Source of the DNA: a virus
Taxonomy: Duplodnaviria > Heunggongvirae > Uroviricota > Caudoviricetes
Length of the DNA stretch: 39,600 bases
Reading direction: 5' to 3' (one strand)
IMG/VR virus record: IMGVR_UViG_2563366930_000006
Span: 1-39,600 of that record
The translations under genes and the position numbers were made by a program. A model generated the notes under the pieces. It was not told where the DNA came from, made no database searches, and saw only the letters and a list, made by a program, of their open reading frames with translations. Each line of letters starts with the position of its first letter. Position 1 is the stretch's first letter. Positions 25,485-34,412 of this stretch are shown piece by piece.

Positions 25485-26206
25485 TAAGCAGCCTCCCCTG
25501 TTACTTTCAGCATTCCGTTATCGAGCAGCTTTCTGGTCAGCCACTGTTGACCACGCCCGGTGATTTTTGTGGTGAACGATATCTGTATTCCGTGATTTGT
25601 GTTGACCGCTGTTTCTTTCACTGTGAAATAGCCGCGATCCATATATTCCTGCATTGGCACATTTCGCCGGGAACCTGAAGCAATAAGGATTTTGTGATCG
25701 CGCATCCACGCAAACAGTTTGTTTGGACCAATTCCAACAACCTTTGCAAAGTTTCCAATCAAAATTCCGCTGGCCTCGCCAACGCGATCGGCAAACTCAA
25801 CTTTAGGTGCGGCAATTGCGAGCTGGTTTTCCAGTTGCATTTTCTGCTCAGCAAGATCAGCAGCAAGGCGCAACGCTTCCGGTAGCGTTTTGGGGATATT
25901 AACCGCAGCTTCTTCAAGCTCTCGCCAGCGGTCAACAAGGCGAGCGGTGAATTCCGGCGACAACTGGGCAACAACAACAATACTATCTCGCTTACCTTGT
26001 TCGCCTTCGAAGACGTAATGCTCGTACTGAACATTGAACCCTAAGTTATTGATTCTTTCGGAAACCTCAATTTGAGGAAGCCGGATAACACCATTTTTAG
26101 CCAGCGTTTCGATGGTACGTTTCACATTGTCATGACGCTTACCCACCAACTCAGCGATTTCAATGCTTGTCATTTTGATGGCATTGCCATTTATTAACTC
26201 ATTCAT
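25484..26206 (-). CDS. Rha-family phage regulatory protein with KilAC-type C-terminal domain
   Basis: N-terminal MTSIEIAELVGKRHDNVKRTIETL; C-terminal ILIGNFAKVVGIGPNKLFAWMRDHKIL. Confidence 0.7.
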   Translation of the reverse strand: MNELINGNAIKMTSIEIAELVGKRHDNVKRTIETLAKNGVIRLPQIEVSERINNLGFNVQYEHYVFEGEQGKRDSIVVVAQLSPEFTARLVDRWRELEEAAVNIPKTLPEALRLAADLAEQKMQLENQLAIAAPKVEFADRVGEASGILIGNFAKVVGIGPNKLFAWMRDHKILIASGSRRNVPMQEYMDRGYFTVKETAVNTNHGIQISFTTKITGRGQQWLTRKLLDNGMLKVTGEAA

Positions 26207-26411
26207 CGTCTTCTTCCTCGTACATTGAGCTATTCGGATCGCTCATCAGTTCTGCACAGCAGTGCTCACACACGTGAACTTCCAGCACATGCAGCTTCTG
26301 ACCGCAATTAGCGCACGTTAAAGCCCGCTCGACGCTTTCTTGTTCGTAACTTCGATTTTGGTCAATCACCTTGTTTTCCTCGCACGATGTCTTAGCCACC
26401 GGATATCCCAC
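26199..26411 (-). CDS. ninF: NinF-like zinc-ribbon protein (start uncertain)
   Basis: [34 protein letters not shown] Cys cluster; acidic C-terminus. Confidence 0.5.
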   Translation of the reverse strand: MGYPVAKTSCEENKVIDQNRSYEQESVERALTCANCGQKLHVLEVHVCEHCCAELMSDPNSSMYEEEDDE

Positions 26412-26548
26412 AGGTGAGCCGTGTAGTTGAAGGTTTTTACGTCAGATTCTTTTGGGATTGGCTTGCGGTTATTTCTGGAGCGTTTCGTTGGAAGGTATTT
26501 GCAGTTTTCGCAGATGATGTCGGTGATACTTCGTCGCTGTCGTCTCAT
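26366..26548 (-). CDS. ninE: NinE-like protein
   Basis: 60 aa [51 protein letters not shown] resembles lambda NinE. Confidence 0.6.
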   Translation of the reverse strand: MRRQRRSITDIICENCKYLPTKRSRNNRKPIPKESDVKTFNYTAHLWDIRWLRHRARKTR

Positions 26549-26985
26549 GCTGCCCTGTCTCCCCATCGCGCTTTCCATTCGAGAGCCAGTCGCGCTTCGT
26601 CTGACCACTTAACGCCACGCTCTGTACCGAATGCCTGTATAAGCTCTAATAGCTCCGCAAATTCATTTACACGCATCCTGCTGGTTGACTGGCCTATTAC
26701 CACAAAGCCATTCCCGGCAAGGTTAGGAACAACGTCCTGCTGCTTTAATGCTGCGGTAAACACACACTTCCAGCTTTCTGCATCCAGCCAGCGACCATGC
26801 CATTCAACCTGACGCGAAACGTCACCAAGACAAGCCCAAAGCTTCCGATTCTGGTCTAAGCTGCGGTTGCGCTCCTGAATGGTTACTACGATTGGTTTGG
26901 TTGGGTCTGGAAGGATTTGCTGTACCGCGTGAATAGCGTTTTGCTGATGTGCTGGAGATCGAATTTCAAAGGTTAGTTTTTTCAT
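26545..26985 (-). CDS. ninB: NinB recombination protein (Orf family)
   Basis: [57 protein letters not shown] matches lambda NinB. Confidence 0.85.
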   Translation of the reverse strand: MKKLTFEIRSPAHQQNAIHAVQQILPDPTKPIVVTIQERNRSLDQNRKLWACLGDVSRQVEWHGRWLDAESWKCVFTAALKQQDVVPNLAGNGFVVIGQSTSRMRVNEFAELLELIQAFGTERGVKWSDEARLALEWKARWGDRAA

Positions 26986-27014
26986 GACTTCCCTCTCCCC
27001 CAAATAAAAAGGCC

Positions 27015-27045
27015 TGCGATTACCAGCAGGCCTGTTATTAGCTCA
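27015..27045 (-). terminator. tR2-like intrinsic terminator between the helicase gene and the nin region
   Basis: Minus strand GGCCUGC-loop-GCAGGCC then UUUUUAUUUG. Confidence 0.5.
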
Positions 27046-27058
27046 GTGATGTAGATGG

Positions 27059-28435
27059 TCATACGTCAGCCCCTTGTGCATATCGTCTGCCACGTGCAGC
27101 GGGTGCATTTGATGCTGTGCAAATCTGTCTGGCTTCATCCTGGTCACATGCAACAAAGTGTCCGTTGCAGAACCGCTGGTAAACCGTACCAAGCGAGCCA
27201 AAACGGTTTTTCGTCACGATGATTTCAGCAAATGGCGCGGCGCTACTGTTCTCGTCATATACCGCTTCCCGATAGAGCATGATGATTGAGTCTGCGTCCT
27301 GTTCAATGCTTCCTGAATCACGCAAATCTGCGTTTGTCGGGCGTTTGTTTGGTCGCTTCTCAACATCGCGTGAAAGCTGACTTAGGGAGATAACAGGCGT
27401 TTTCAGGTCTTTCGCCATCGCCTTCAGGCTTCCGGAGATGTGAGCAATTGCGAGGTCGTTGCGATCTGCTTTCGGCTTCTCAATCAGGCCAAGATAATCC
27501 ACCATGATGAGTGACAGGTTTGGATTTTCCTGTTTGTGCCGTTCTGCGATTGAGCGTATTTCTTCGACCGATAACCGCGAGGCATCGACCACCCATACAT
27601 CCAAATCTGCAAGCTGACTCATGCCGTTAGCAACGCGCGCCCAGCCTTCGTCATCCATCGATGCAGGATTTCGCAGCACGCTAACCGACATCCTCCCGGC
27701 GTTGGCGATGCTTCGCTCTGCAATCTGCAATGCGCTCATTTCCATCGAGAAAATCAATACTCCACGCCTGACGTCAGAACCAGGAATAACGCGGCTTGCA
27801 ACGCCTTCGGCAATCTTCAGCGCCAGTTCGGTTTTCCCCATACCAGGACGAGCAGCGATTATCACCAGGTCTTCCGCGTTCATCCCTCCGGTGATGGCGT
27901 CAAGTTCTTCGATTCCGGTCTTCAGGGTATCTGACTCTTCTCCGTTCCTCAGACGCCTGTCAAGCGTGTCAGTGTAGTCAGTAATGATTTCCCCTAACCG
28001 TACAGGTTTAACCTCGTCACGGGGCTTTCTGATGGCTGAAAGACGCTTTACAAGCTCGTCCATCGCCTGACTCGATGTATCGATGGTTCCGCTCTGAATT
28101 GGTTCACGCATTTCATCCATGATTTCCAGCACCAGACGGCGGTGATAGTTATCCGCGACCATTCCGGCATATCCCTTCAGGTTTGCGGCACTCGGGCAGT
28201 TTTTGCTGGTCATCAGGATTGACGTGAAATGCTCCTCTCCGCACGCCTCGGCAACCATCAGCGCGTCGATTAGGTTTCTGTTTCGCGCCTGCTTGCGGAT
28301 AACCTCGAAGGCTTTCCGGTAGAGCGGAATTGAAAACGCTTCCGGCTCCAGCGTTGCCAGAACGTCGCTGGCGGTTGGTGTTAATCCACCAATCAGCAGG
28401 CCACCGATAACGCTCGCTTCGATATCCTGTTTCAT
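27059..28435 (-). CDS. Replicative DNA helicase (DnaB family)
   Basis: 458 aa; Walker [17 protein letters not shown] and DnaB-like C-terminal motifs. Confidence 0.9.
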   Translation of the reverse strand: MKQDIEASVIGGLLIGGLTPTASDVLATLEPEAFSIPLYRKAFEVIRKQARNRNLIDALMVAEACGEEHFTSILMTSKNCPSAANLKGYAGMVADNYHRRLVLEIMDEMREPIQSGTIDTSSQAMDELVKRLSAIRKPRDEVKPVRLGEIITDYTDTLDRRLRNGEESDTLKTGIEELDAITGGMNAEDLVIIAARPGMGKTELALKIAEGVASRVIPGSDVRRGVLIFSMEMSALQIAERSIANAGRMSVSVLRNPASMDDEGWARVANGMSQLADLDVWVVDASRLSVEEIRSIAERHKQENPNLSLIMVDYLGLIEKPKADRNDLAIAHISGSLKAMAKDLKTPVISLSQLSRDVEKRPNKRPTNADLRDSGSIEQDADSIIMLYREAVYDENSSAAPFAEIIVTKNRFGSLGTVYQRFCNGHFVACDQDEARQICTASNAPAARGRRYAQGADV

Positions 28436-29379
28436 GCAATCCCCCTGTCTGCAAACTTCCCTTCCCGTACTCCCGTTAACGAGTCTTCCCTCAGCAGGTA
28501 ATCAAAATCAGCTGTCCAGCCCGTGTCGTTGTCTCCGAAGTAAAACGGCTTGGCCTGATGCACAAACGCCCTGACATACGCTCTGAAACCGTCCACGTTT
28601 GGCGTTTTCAGTTGCGGGATGATTTTCTTCAGGCGGCGTTTGCGTTTCTCGTTGACCGCAACAGCGTGTGGCAGTCTGTCACCGACTTCGGTGTTGTAGG
28701 CGTTCAGGAAGGATTCGTAGTCGATTCGTTCTGCCTTGCGACGTTCAGGTTTAACCTGCCCATCGCCTCCCCCATTGGGGGGTAGGGGGGTATTATTTAT
28801 ATTCTTGTTAATACCTTCTTGTTCATGATGTGCGGTTGTTTGTTCGGCTTCATGTGCGCTTTCATGTGCGGCATGTGCGCTGAAAGCCGCGCCATTACTG
28901 GCTTCGCCATGTGCGGCATCATGTGCGGTTGTTTGTGCGGCTTCATGTGCGGGTAAATTGTCCATTTTTTGAGCATATTCATGGTAATTTGTGATGGTTA
29001 TCACACGACCTTTTTGCTTCTCTCCATCAATGGAGATCATCCCCTCTTTCACAAAAACCTGAAGCATCCGCTCAACCTGATCACGGCTTGCTGGCTTGCC
29101 ATGTCTGTCGCATAACTGAAGACCTAAATCAGCTGCTGTCACAACCAGTTGACCGGGTTGCAGATGCCATTCATGACCTTTGAAATTCGCTTTGTATGGC
29201 TTTCTGGCGGCATTCAGGAGAAGGTTTTCCCACAGGGTGCGAAGATAAACATCTTTCGCCCATGACTGTTTCAGAATGCTCCGGTACAACGGAATGTAAC
29301 CAGTTTTCTGGTTCTCCATCCTGTTGCTCCTGCGCTCGTGTGCGGCGCTGAAATCGTAGATTTTTGCTGTATTGCTCAT
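28432..29379 (-). CDS. Replication initiator (O-like) with internal His/Ala-rich repeat region encoded by the origin iterons
   Basis: 315 aa upstream of and overlapping the helicase gene; central low-complexity region coincides with the DNA repeats. Confidence 0.7.
   Translation of the reverse strand: MSNTAKIYDFSAAHERRSNRMENQKTGYIPLYRSILKQSWAKDVYLRTLWENLLLNAARKPYKANFKGHEWHLQPGQLVVTAADLGLQLCDRHGKPASRDQVERMLQVFVKEGMISIDGEKQKGRVITITNYHEYAQKMDNLPAHEAAQTTAHDAAHGEASNGAAFSAHAAHESAHEAEQTTAHHEQEGINKNINNTPLPPNGGGDGQVKPERRKAERIDYESFLNAYNTEVGDRLPHAVAVNEKRKRRLKKIIPQLKTPNVDGFRAYVRAFVHQAKPFYFGDNDTGWTADFDYLLREDSLTGVREGKFADRGIA
28824..28952. repeat. Origin-like iteron array (about 7 copies of CATGTGCGG-type repeats, including a duplicated ~36 bp unit) with adjacent AT-rich tract, inside the initiator gene
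   Basis: Repeats read directly at about 28826, 28849, 28862, 28872, 28908, 28919 and 28942; AT-rich TATTATTTATATTCTTGTTAATA at 28791-28813. Confidence 0.55.
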
Positions 29380-29381
29380 AA

Positions 29382-29654
29382 CTACCTGCCTTGACGAAAG
29401 ACCTTAAGAACATCGTTAAACTGACTTACGGATATGTCTTCTTTGAGAAGCTTTTCCAGAAATGTGTTTGGAATGAACGTATATCCCTCCTCTTTTGGTA
29501 GAGACGGGAGCAACGCCCTCGCCTCAGCCTTCAGAAGCTCAGTTCTGGCAACTTTCACAAAAGAGATTTGAGTTCTTTCATCAATGGAACGAAGGAAGCG
29601 CAAACGCTTAGCTTCTTTGTGTGTATCAGGTGGATTAAAGCCTTTGTTTCGCAT
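29382..29654 (-). CDS. Hypothetical protein (90 aa) between the cII-like and initiator genes
   Basis: ATG at 29654 with GAGGT RBS; corresponds in position to the small ORF between c1 and gene 18 in P22. Confidence 0.5.
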   Translation of the reverse strand: MRNKGFNPPDTHKEAKRLRFLRSIDERTQISFVKVARTELLKAEARALLPSLPKEEGYTFIPNTFLEKLLKEDISVSQFNDVLKVFRQGR

Positions 29655-29694
29655 ATAATTACCTCGTTGGATGTTGTTAAAATTCCATTTGTAT

Positions 29695-29970
29695 TTAATC
29701 AGAACGCTCGGTTGCCGCCGGGCGTTTTTTATTGGTGAGAATCGAAGCAACTTGTCGTGCCAATCGAGCCATGTCGTCGTCAACGACGCCCCATTCAAGA
29801 ACAGCAAGCAGCATTGAGAACTTTGGAATCCAGTCCCTCTTCCACCTGCTGATCTGCGACTTATCAACTCCCACAGCTTCCGCTGTCTTCTCAGTTCCAA
29901 GCATTGCGATTTTGTTAAGCAACGCACTCTCGATTCTTAGAGCCTCGTTGCGTTTGTTTGCACGAACCAT
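29695..29970 (-). CDS. cII: CII-like transcriptional activator
   Basis: MVRANKRNEALRIESALLNKIAMLGTEKTAEAVGVDKSQISRWKRDWIPK matches lambda CII; AAGGAAAT RBS. Confidence 0.85.
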   Translation of the reverse strand: MVRANKRNEALRIESALLNKIAMLGTEKTAEAVGVDKSQISRWKRDWIPKFSMLLAVLEWGVVDDDMARLARQVASILTNKKRPAATERSD

Positions 29971-30003
29971 ATGTAAGTATTTCCTTAACAAATAAGAAGT
30001 TAT

Positions 30004-30072
30004 GCGCATCAACTTATGCGCGTTGTATTCCCGCATTTCGGCGGGAATGAGGACCATGACTGTTAAAGAGCA
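30004..30072 (-). promoter_or_regulatory. nutR-like site (boxA and boxB) and tR1-like hairpin downstream of cro
   Basis: Minus strand boxA-like TGCTCTTTAACA (30061-30072), boxB hairpin CCCGC-CGAAAU-GCGGG (30030-30045), then hairpin GCGCAT/ATGCGC (30004-30021). Confidence 0.5.
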
Positions 30073-30078
30073 ATTTGC

Positions 30079-30264
30079 TTATGCCGCTTTGCGGTAAGCG
30101 CTTTCTTGATACTTCAGGGCGCCAGCTGTAACGACTTCCAGTCGATAGGCGTCTTTCTCTGGGATGACTTCCTTCCACTGAGAGACTGCTGCGTCGCTAA
30201 TGCCTAACGCTTTAGCTACAGCACGCTGGGTTCCGAAGTGGTCGATAACATCTTTCTTGTACAT
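30079..30264 (-). CDS. cro: Cro repressor
   Basis: 61 aa; QRAVAKALGISDAAVSQWKEVIPEKDAYRLEVVTAG is a Cro-like HTH; divergent from c2. Confidence 0.85.
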   Translation of the reverse strand: MYKKDVIDHFGTQRAVAKALGISDAAVSQWKEVIPEKDAYRLEVVTAGALKYQESAYRKAA

Positions 30265-30278
30265 AGACTCGCTCCGAA

Positions 30279-30343
30279 ATTAAAGAACACTTAAATTATC
30301 CACTAAAGGAATCTTAAGTCAAGTTTATTTAAGATGTCTTAAC
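30279..30343. promoter_or_regulatory. OR operator array (three 18-bp sites of ANTNAAG-NNNN-CTTNANT type) with PR and PRM
   Basis: ATTAAAGAACACTTAAAT (30279-30296), ACTAAAGGAATCTTAAGT (30303-30320), ATTTAAGATGTCTTAACT (30326-30343); PR -35 TTGACT and -10 GATAAT on the minus strand; c2 ATG directly follows the last operator. Confidence 0.65.
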
Positions 30344-30344
30344 T

Positions 30345-30995
30345 ATGAAAACTCAATTGATGGGAGAGCGCATTCGCGCTCGGAGAAAAGAACTCAAGAT
30401 CAGGCAGGCCGCACTTGGAAAGATGGTCGGCGTGTCTAATGTTGCCATATCTCAGTGGGAACGCTCTGAGACAGAGCCAAATGGAGAGAATCTTCTCGCC
30501 CTGGCTAATGCGTTGAAGTGTTCCCCTGACTATCTGATGAAAGGAGAGGAAAGTCTTTCAAACATTGCCTATCACAGTAGGCATGATCCAAGAGGGTCAT
30601 ACCCTCTGATTAGCTGGGTGAGCGCAGGATGCTGGATGGAAGCTGTAGAACCATATCATAAGCGTGCAATAGATAACTGGTACGATACAACCGTAGACTG
30701 TTCAGAAGATTCGTTTTGGTTGGACGTGAAGGGAGACTCAATGACGGCTCCGGCCGGTCTCAGTATCCCTGAAGGAATGATAATACTCGTCGATCCTGAA
30801 GTAGAGCCGCGTAACGGGAAACTGGTAGTTGCAAAGCTCGAAGGAGAAAACGAGGCAACTTTCAAGAAGTTAGTTATTGATGCAGGCAGGAAGTTTCTAA
30901 AACCACTTAACCCACAATATCCGATGATCGAGATCAACGGAAACTGCAAAATCATCGGCGTAGTTGTCGATGCAAAACTAGCAAACCTTCCATAA
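30345..30995 (+). CDS. c2: C2 (CI-type) prophage repressor, P22 immC type
   Basis: 216 aa; QLMGERIRARRKELKIRQAALGKMVGVSNVAISQWERSETEPNGENLLAL and the C-terminal LexA-like cleavage domain closely match P22 c2. Confidence 0.95.
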   Translation: MKTQLMGERIRARRKELKIRQAALGKMVGVSNVAISQWERSETEPNGENLLALANALKCSPDYLMKGEESLSNIAYHSRHDPRGSYPLISWVSAGCWMEAVEPYHKRAIDNWYDTTVDCSEDSFWLDVKGDSMTAPAGLSIPEGMIILVDPEVEPRNGKLVVAKLEGENEATFKKLVIDAGRKFLKPLNPQYPMIEINGNCKIIGVVVDAKLANLP

Positions 30996-30996
30996 G

Positions 30997-31019
30997 GGGG
31001 CATTCGCCCCTTTTTTTTT
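30997..31019 (+). terminator. Intrinsic terminator after c2
   Basis: Stem GGGGC/GCCCC with loop ATTC then TTTTTTTTT. Confidence 0.65.
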
Positions 31020-31062
31020 ATTTCCTTTAAAAATCAAAGCCAAACTTAAGTTACGAAAGAAA

Positions 31063-31116
31063 ATTTAAGTTTTCTTCAAAAATACCCTTGACCATTAATT
31101 AAAGAGATCTTAAATT
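31063..31116 (+). promoter_or_regulatory. OL operators and PL promoter
   Basis: Operator-like ATTTAAGTTTTCTTCAAA (31063-31080) and ATTAAAGAGATCTTAAAT (31098-31115); -35 TTGACC (31088-31093) and -10 TAAATT (31111-31116). Confidence 0.5.
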
Positions 31117-31162
31117 TAAGCCATCAGCAGGACGCTGGAAGCCAAACGGAACAGATTGGCAG

Positions 31163-31202
31163 GCTCTTTAACATTGATGGGATTGTCCCGCCGAAATGCG
31201 GG
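31163..31202 (+). promoter_or_regulatory. nutL-like site (boxA and boxB)
   Basis: boxA-like GCTCTTTAACA (31163-31173); boxB hairpin CCCGC-CGAAAT-GCGGG (31187-31202), the same boxB as nutR. Confidence 0.5.
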
Positions 31203-31310
31203 AACCAAAGAGTAGTTGGCTTTGGGGTGACGTGAAGTGCAGCTGCACGACGGCAACCGGAAGATAAGCACCCGGCGCGTCACCGCCAAAGTCAATCATC
31301 GGAGGTCAAC

Positions 31311-31583
31311 ATGACAGTAGTCATTACATATCTGGCTGACGATAACGCCAGAAATCGCCGCAGAGCACGCAGACAGGCTCAACGTGAACAGGCAATGCAA
31401 GAGCAGCGACTGGCGCGAAAAATTGCGCTAAAGCTCTCTGGTTGCGTCAGAGCAGACAAAGCAGCATCACTCGGAAGCCTTCGCTGCAAGAATGCAGATG
31501 AATGCAGTGGAAGTATTTGCCTGCCAAACGTAGCCATTTACGCGGCAGGCTACCGGAAATCAAAACAACTGACGGCGAGATGA
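31311..31583 (+). CDS. N-type antiterminator (gene 24-like) with arginine-rich motif
   Basis: ARM NARNRRRARRQAQREQA near the N-terminus; C-terminus YAAGYRKSKQLTAR resembles P22 gp24; GGAGG RBS. Confidence 0.8.
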   Translation: MTVVITYLADDNARNRRRARRQAQREQAMQEQRLARKIALKLSGCVRADKAASLGSLRCKNADECSGSICLPNVAIYAAGYRKSKQLTAR

Positions 31584-31599
31584 TAAATTCATTTTCTAA

Positions 31600-32181
31600 T
31601 TACTTGTTTTTGCCATGCTCATCCTGAGCGATAAGTTCATCCATAAGGCTGTCTGCCTTCCCGGCAAACCTAATGTAGCACTCATGTCTATAGCTTTCCG
31701 GGATAACAAAACGGTCGGTATAAGGATATCCAACAGCAGGAGGCCTTCGAACGAGGAGTCCTTTTTTGAGCAATGAAATTGATTCATGAGCTCCCTTTTC
31801 CGTTTGTAGCTGGTTATTAGCGGCTACAGCGAGTGCCAAATACGCTCTTTCTCCAAGAGTTAACGAATCAAACAAATCTTGCACGTATTTCTCTTCTTTA
31901 GATTTGCGCTTCTGAGCAGCGGATACCTCAATTCTTTCAGTCACAGCGTGATAAGCGGAATTAACAACACCGTTAAGCACATAGCTAACGCAGAACAACA
32001 GGATGTAATACATCCAGTAATGAGGAAGGATTTCTGGATTATGCAGGTTTATCCATTCTTTTACGCTTACCGGCATAACAATAATCAATATGATCAGGAT
32101 GATTAGCATATGAATCAACTGTTTAAGTGTCATTCCTTGCAGGAAAAAATGCATTAGTTCCTGCCACCATGAGTTGTTCAT
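31600..32181 (-). CDS. sieB: SieB-like superinfection exclusion protein
   Basis: 193 aa, two N-terminal TM helices then cytoplasmic domain; convergent with and adjacent to the N-like gene as in lambda. Confidence 0.65.
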   Translation of the reverse strand: MNNSWWQELMHFFLQGMTLKQLIHMLIILIILIIVMPVSVKEWINLHNPEILPHYWMYYILLFCVSYVLNGVVNSAYHAVTERIEVSAAQKRKSKEEKYVQDLFDSLTLGERAYLALAVAANNQLQTEKGAHESISLLKKGLLVRRPPAVGYPYTDRFVIPESYRHECYIRFAGKADSLMDELIAQDEHGKNK

Positions 32182-32385
32182 CGGCGTTTCTCTTTTGCTC
32201 TCTGTAGGGGTGAATAGAGTTTATCCGATTTCTCGCTGTAGGGGTACACGAGAACCACCGAGCCTGATGTGGTTAAAAGACAGGCACAATCTTTACTACC
32301 GCAAGCCACGCAGTGAAATGGGCGTAACTTGTGTTGGTCGCCAGAAAATGAAATTAGGCTGCAAACCACTTATTTGAGGTGATAT

Positions 32386-32649
32386 ATGGACAAGAAAATT
32401 AAATCATTGAAGCCAGGAATTGTTATCAGAGACATAAGTGGTGATTACGATACAGAGACATATGATATTTTATATGTGCATGCAGATGGAAAATGTCAGT
32501 ATTCGAACGACATTTTTAATAATAAAGGTGGTGCCGAAATTGCTGCCACCACAGTTAATAAAGAGTTAGTAGCTAACGAGTCGTGGGATTATTTTATGCC
32601 ATCATCCACTTCTATGAACTGGAAAGTGGTTTTGTACATTCCATCATAA
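32386..32649 (+). CDS. Hypothetical protein (87 aa)
   Basis: GAGGTGA RBS before ATG. Confidence 0.5.
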   Translation: MDKKIKSLKPGIVIRDISGDYDTETYDILYVHADGKCQYSNDIFNNKGGAEIAATTVNKELVANESWDYFMPSSTSMNWKVVLYIPS

Positions 32650-32736
32650 TTGTAGCTGCCGTTCAAAAATGAAAGTAAATCTAACATCACAGGCCGCATA
32701 GTCGGACTTCTTTTGGCATAAACAACAGAGGCTAAC

Positions 32737-33006
32737 ATGGAATTTAAAGGTACTAGGAAAAAATTGGCGAGAAGCCAATTTGCAGGCTTAATTTTATTTT
32801 CACACCCGGGAATGGCCCTATCCGGTAAAGAAACAGAAGAGGCCGTAGCAAATGGAAGATTAGCTATGGCTGCACCGGATTTACTTGAAGCACTTCAGTT
32901 ATTACTTAAGCAAGCCGAAAATAGAACAACGACAACATATCCAGAATGGTATGGGGCTGTTAATAAGGCTCGCGAAGCTATCAAAAAAGCCATAGGTGAT
33001 GAGTAA
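32737..33006 (+). CDS. Hypothetical protein (89 aa)
   Basis: ORF in the operon frame; its stop overlaps the next start. Confidence 0.45.
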   Translation: MEFKGTRKKLARSQFAGLILFSHPGMALSGKETEEAVANGRLAMAAPDLLEALQLLLKQAENRTTTTYPEWYGAVNKAREAIKKAIGDE

Positions 33007-33164
33007 TGAATAAGAAATACATCGTTGAAGTTATAGAGCGAGAAACGAAAGAAGTAATTAAACATTTCGAATTTGATAATTATAGAAAAGCTGACCGCGT
33101 AGAAGAGGGATTGTTGCGACAAAGTAATCTCAAAAAATTTGATGTTGTCATGCGATGCGAATAA
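33006..33164 (+). CDS. Small basic hypothetical protein (52 aa); not in the supplied ORF track
   Basis: ATG overlaps the upstream stop (TAATG); read manually as MNKKYIVEVIERETKEV... Confidence 0.3.
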   Translation: MNKKYIVEVIERETKEVIKHFEFDNYRKADRVEEGLLRQSNLKKFDVVMRCE

Positions 33165-33303
33165 GCACCTATAGCAGATTTGCGAGTCTGCTATGTGAGC
33201 AATGTCGCTCGTAACTAAACAGGAGCCGACTTGTTCTGATTATTGGAAATCTTCTTTGCCCTCCAGTGTGATGGCAGTTTTTTATCTATGAGGATATGAA
33301 CAG

Positions 33304-33672
33304 ATGTCAAACATCAAAAAATACATCATTGATTACGACTGGAAAGCATCAATAGAAATTGAAATCGACCATGACGTAATGACAGAGGAAGAACTTCACC
33401 AGATTAATAATTTCTGGTCAGACTCTGAATACAGACTCAAAAAACACGGCTCTGTATTAAATGCTGTATTAATCATGCTGGCGCAACATGCTCTGCTTAT
33501 AGCAATTTCAAGCGACTTAAATGCATATGGTGTTGTGTGTGAGTTCGACTGGAACGATGGAAATGGTCAGGAAGGATGGCCTGCAATGGATGGTAGCGAA
33601 GGAATAAGAATTACCGATATCGATACATCAGGAATATTTGATTCAGATGATATGACTATCAAAGCCGCCTGA
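33304..33672 (+). CDS. Ea10-like acidic protein (122 aa)
   Basis: Same length and position (just upstream of cIII-like) as lambda ea10; strongly acidic. Confidence 0.5.
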   Translation: MSNIKKYIIDYDWKASIEIEIDHDVMTEEELHQINNFWSDSEYRLKKHGSVLNAVLIMLAQHALLIAISSDLNAYGVVCEFDWNDGNGQEGWPAMDGSEGIRITDIDTSGIFDSDDMTIKAA

Positions 33673-33747
33673 GTGCGGCTTTACCGCATACCAATAACGC
33701 TTCACTCGAGGCGTTTTCCTTATGCAATCAAATATAAGGAGTTACCC

Positions 33748-33882
33748 ATGATGCACTTTCAGCTCGCGGGTAGCGGCGTCATGTCCGCTTTCTACCCGCA
33801 CGAATCTGAATTATCACGCCGAGTTAAACAATTAATCAGAGCAGCAAAGAAACAACTGGAGGCGTTATGCGCAATGAAATAG
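33748..33882 (+). CDS. cIII: CIII-like small protein (putative FtsH inhibitor)
   Basis: 44 aa; ESELSRRVKQLIRAAKKQLEAL resembles the CIII amphipathic helix; AAGGAG RBS; adjacent to kil-like. Confidence 0.5.
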   Translation: MMHFQLAGSGVMSAFYPHESELSRRVKQLIRAAKKQLEALCAMK

Positions 33883-34019
33883 CCATCAATCACCAGATGC
33901 TTCGTGCTGCACAGAACAAAGCAGTAATAGCCAGATTTATTGGTGATTCAAAAATGTGGCTTGAAGCAAATAAAGCGATGAAATCAGCGATCAACACTCC
34001 GTGGTATCGCAGGAAATGA
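33867..34019 (+). CDS. kil: Kil-like small protein (putative FtsZ inhibitor); not in the supplied ORF track
   Basis: 50 aa; AVIARFIGDSKMWLEANKAMKS resembles lambda Kil IATFIGDEKMFREAVDAYKK; CTGGAGG RBS; overlaps the cIII-like end as in lambda. Confidence 0.5.
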   Translation: MRNEIAINHQMLRAAQNKAVIARFIGDSKMWLEANKAMKSAINTPWYRRK

Positions 34020-34100
34020 GTTTTACAGATAACTGGTCAGACGAAGAATTCATTCGTCAGATGAACAAAATGCTCAATCAGCACAAAGAACAGGAGAAAG

Positions 34101-34412
34101 ATGATGATTCTGACTCTGAATGATAAGCGTGAAATATCACAAATAATCGCAAGTTTTACTGATGAAGATTACGAACGAATCAACAGTGAAGTTGATCGCC
34201 TCTGCAAACGTTGCGACCCAATAAGCGAAATGCTTCGCTCATATAAACCAGATGAACACACTAAGGACGCTATCGACTGGCTGGAAGATGATGACTGTAA
34301 CTATCAGGAAAAAGCCGCTGAATGGTTCTGGGATGCAATAACCGAAAGAGTTAAGGCTGAATATGCCTTCGCAATATTCAAACGCAGACATATTTATGGA
34401 GAAGCTGCATGA
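34101..34412 (+). CDS. Hypothetical acidic protein (103 aa) upstream of RecT
   Basis: AGGAG RBS before ATG ATG; its stop overlaps the RecT start (ATGA). Confidence 0.5.
   Translation: MMILTLNDKREISQIIASFTDEDYERINSEVDRLCKRCDPISEMLRSYKPDEHTKDAIDWLEDDDCNYQEKAAEWFWDAITERVKAEYAFAIFKRRHIYGEAA

Noticed and set aside
28797-28982. 61-aa minus-strand ORF with repeated [10 protein letters not shown] peptide units, and possible CRISPR-like repeats
   Set aside because: The periodicity comes from the origin iterons inside the initiator gene read in another frame; repeats are short, imperfect and without CRISPR-type spacers.
29971-30057. N-terminal 29-codon extension of the cII-like ORF
   Set aside because: Lambda CII begins at MVRANKRNEALR; the internal ATG at 29970 has a good RBS and the extension covers the nutR and tR1-like region.
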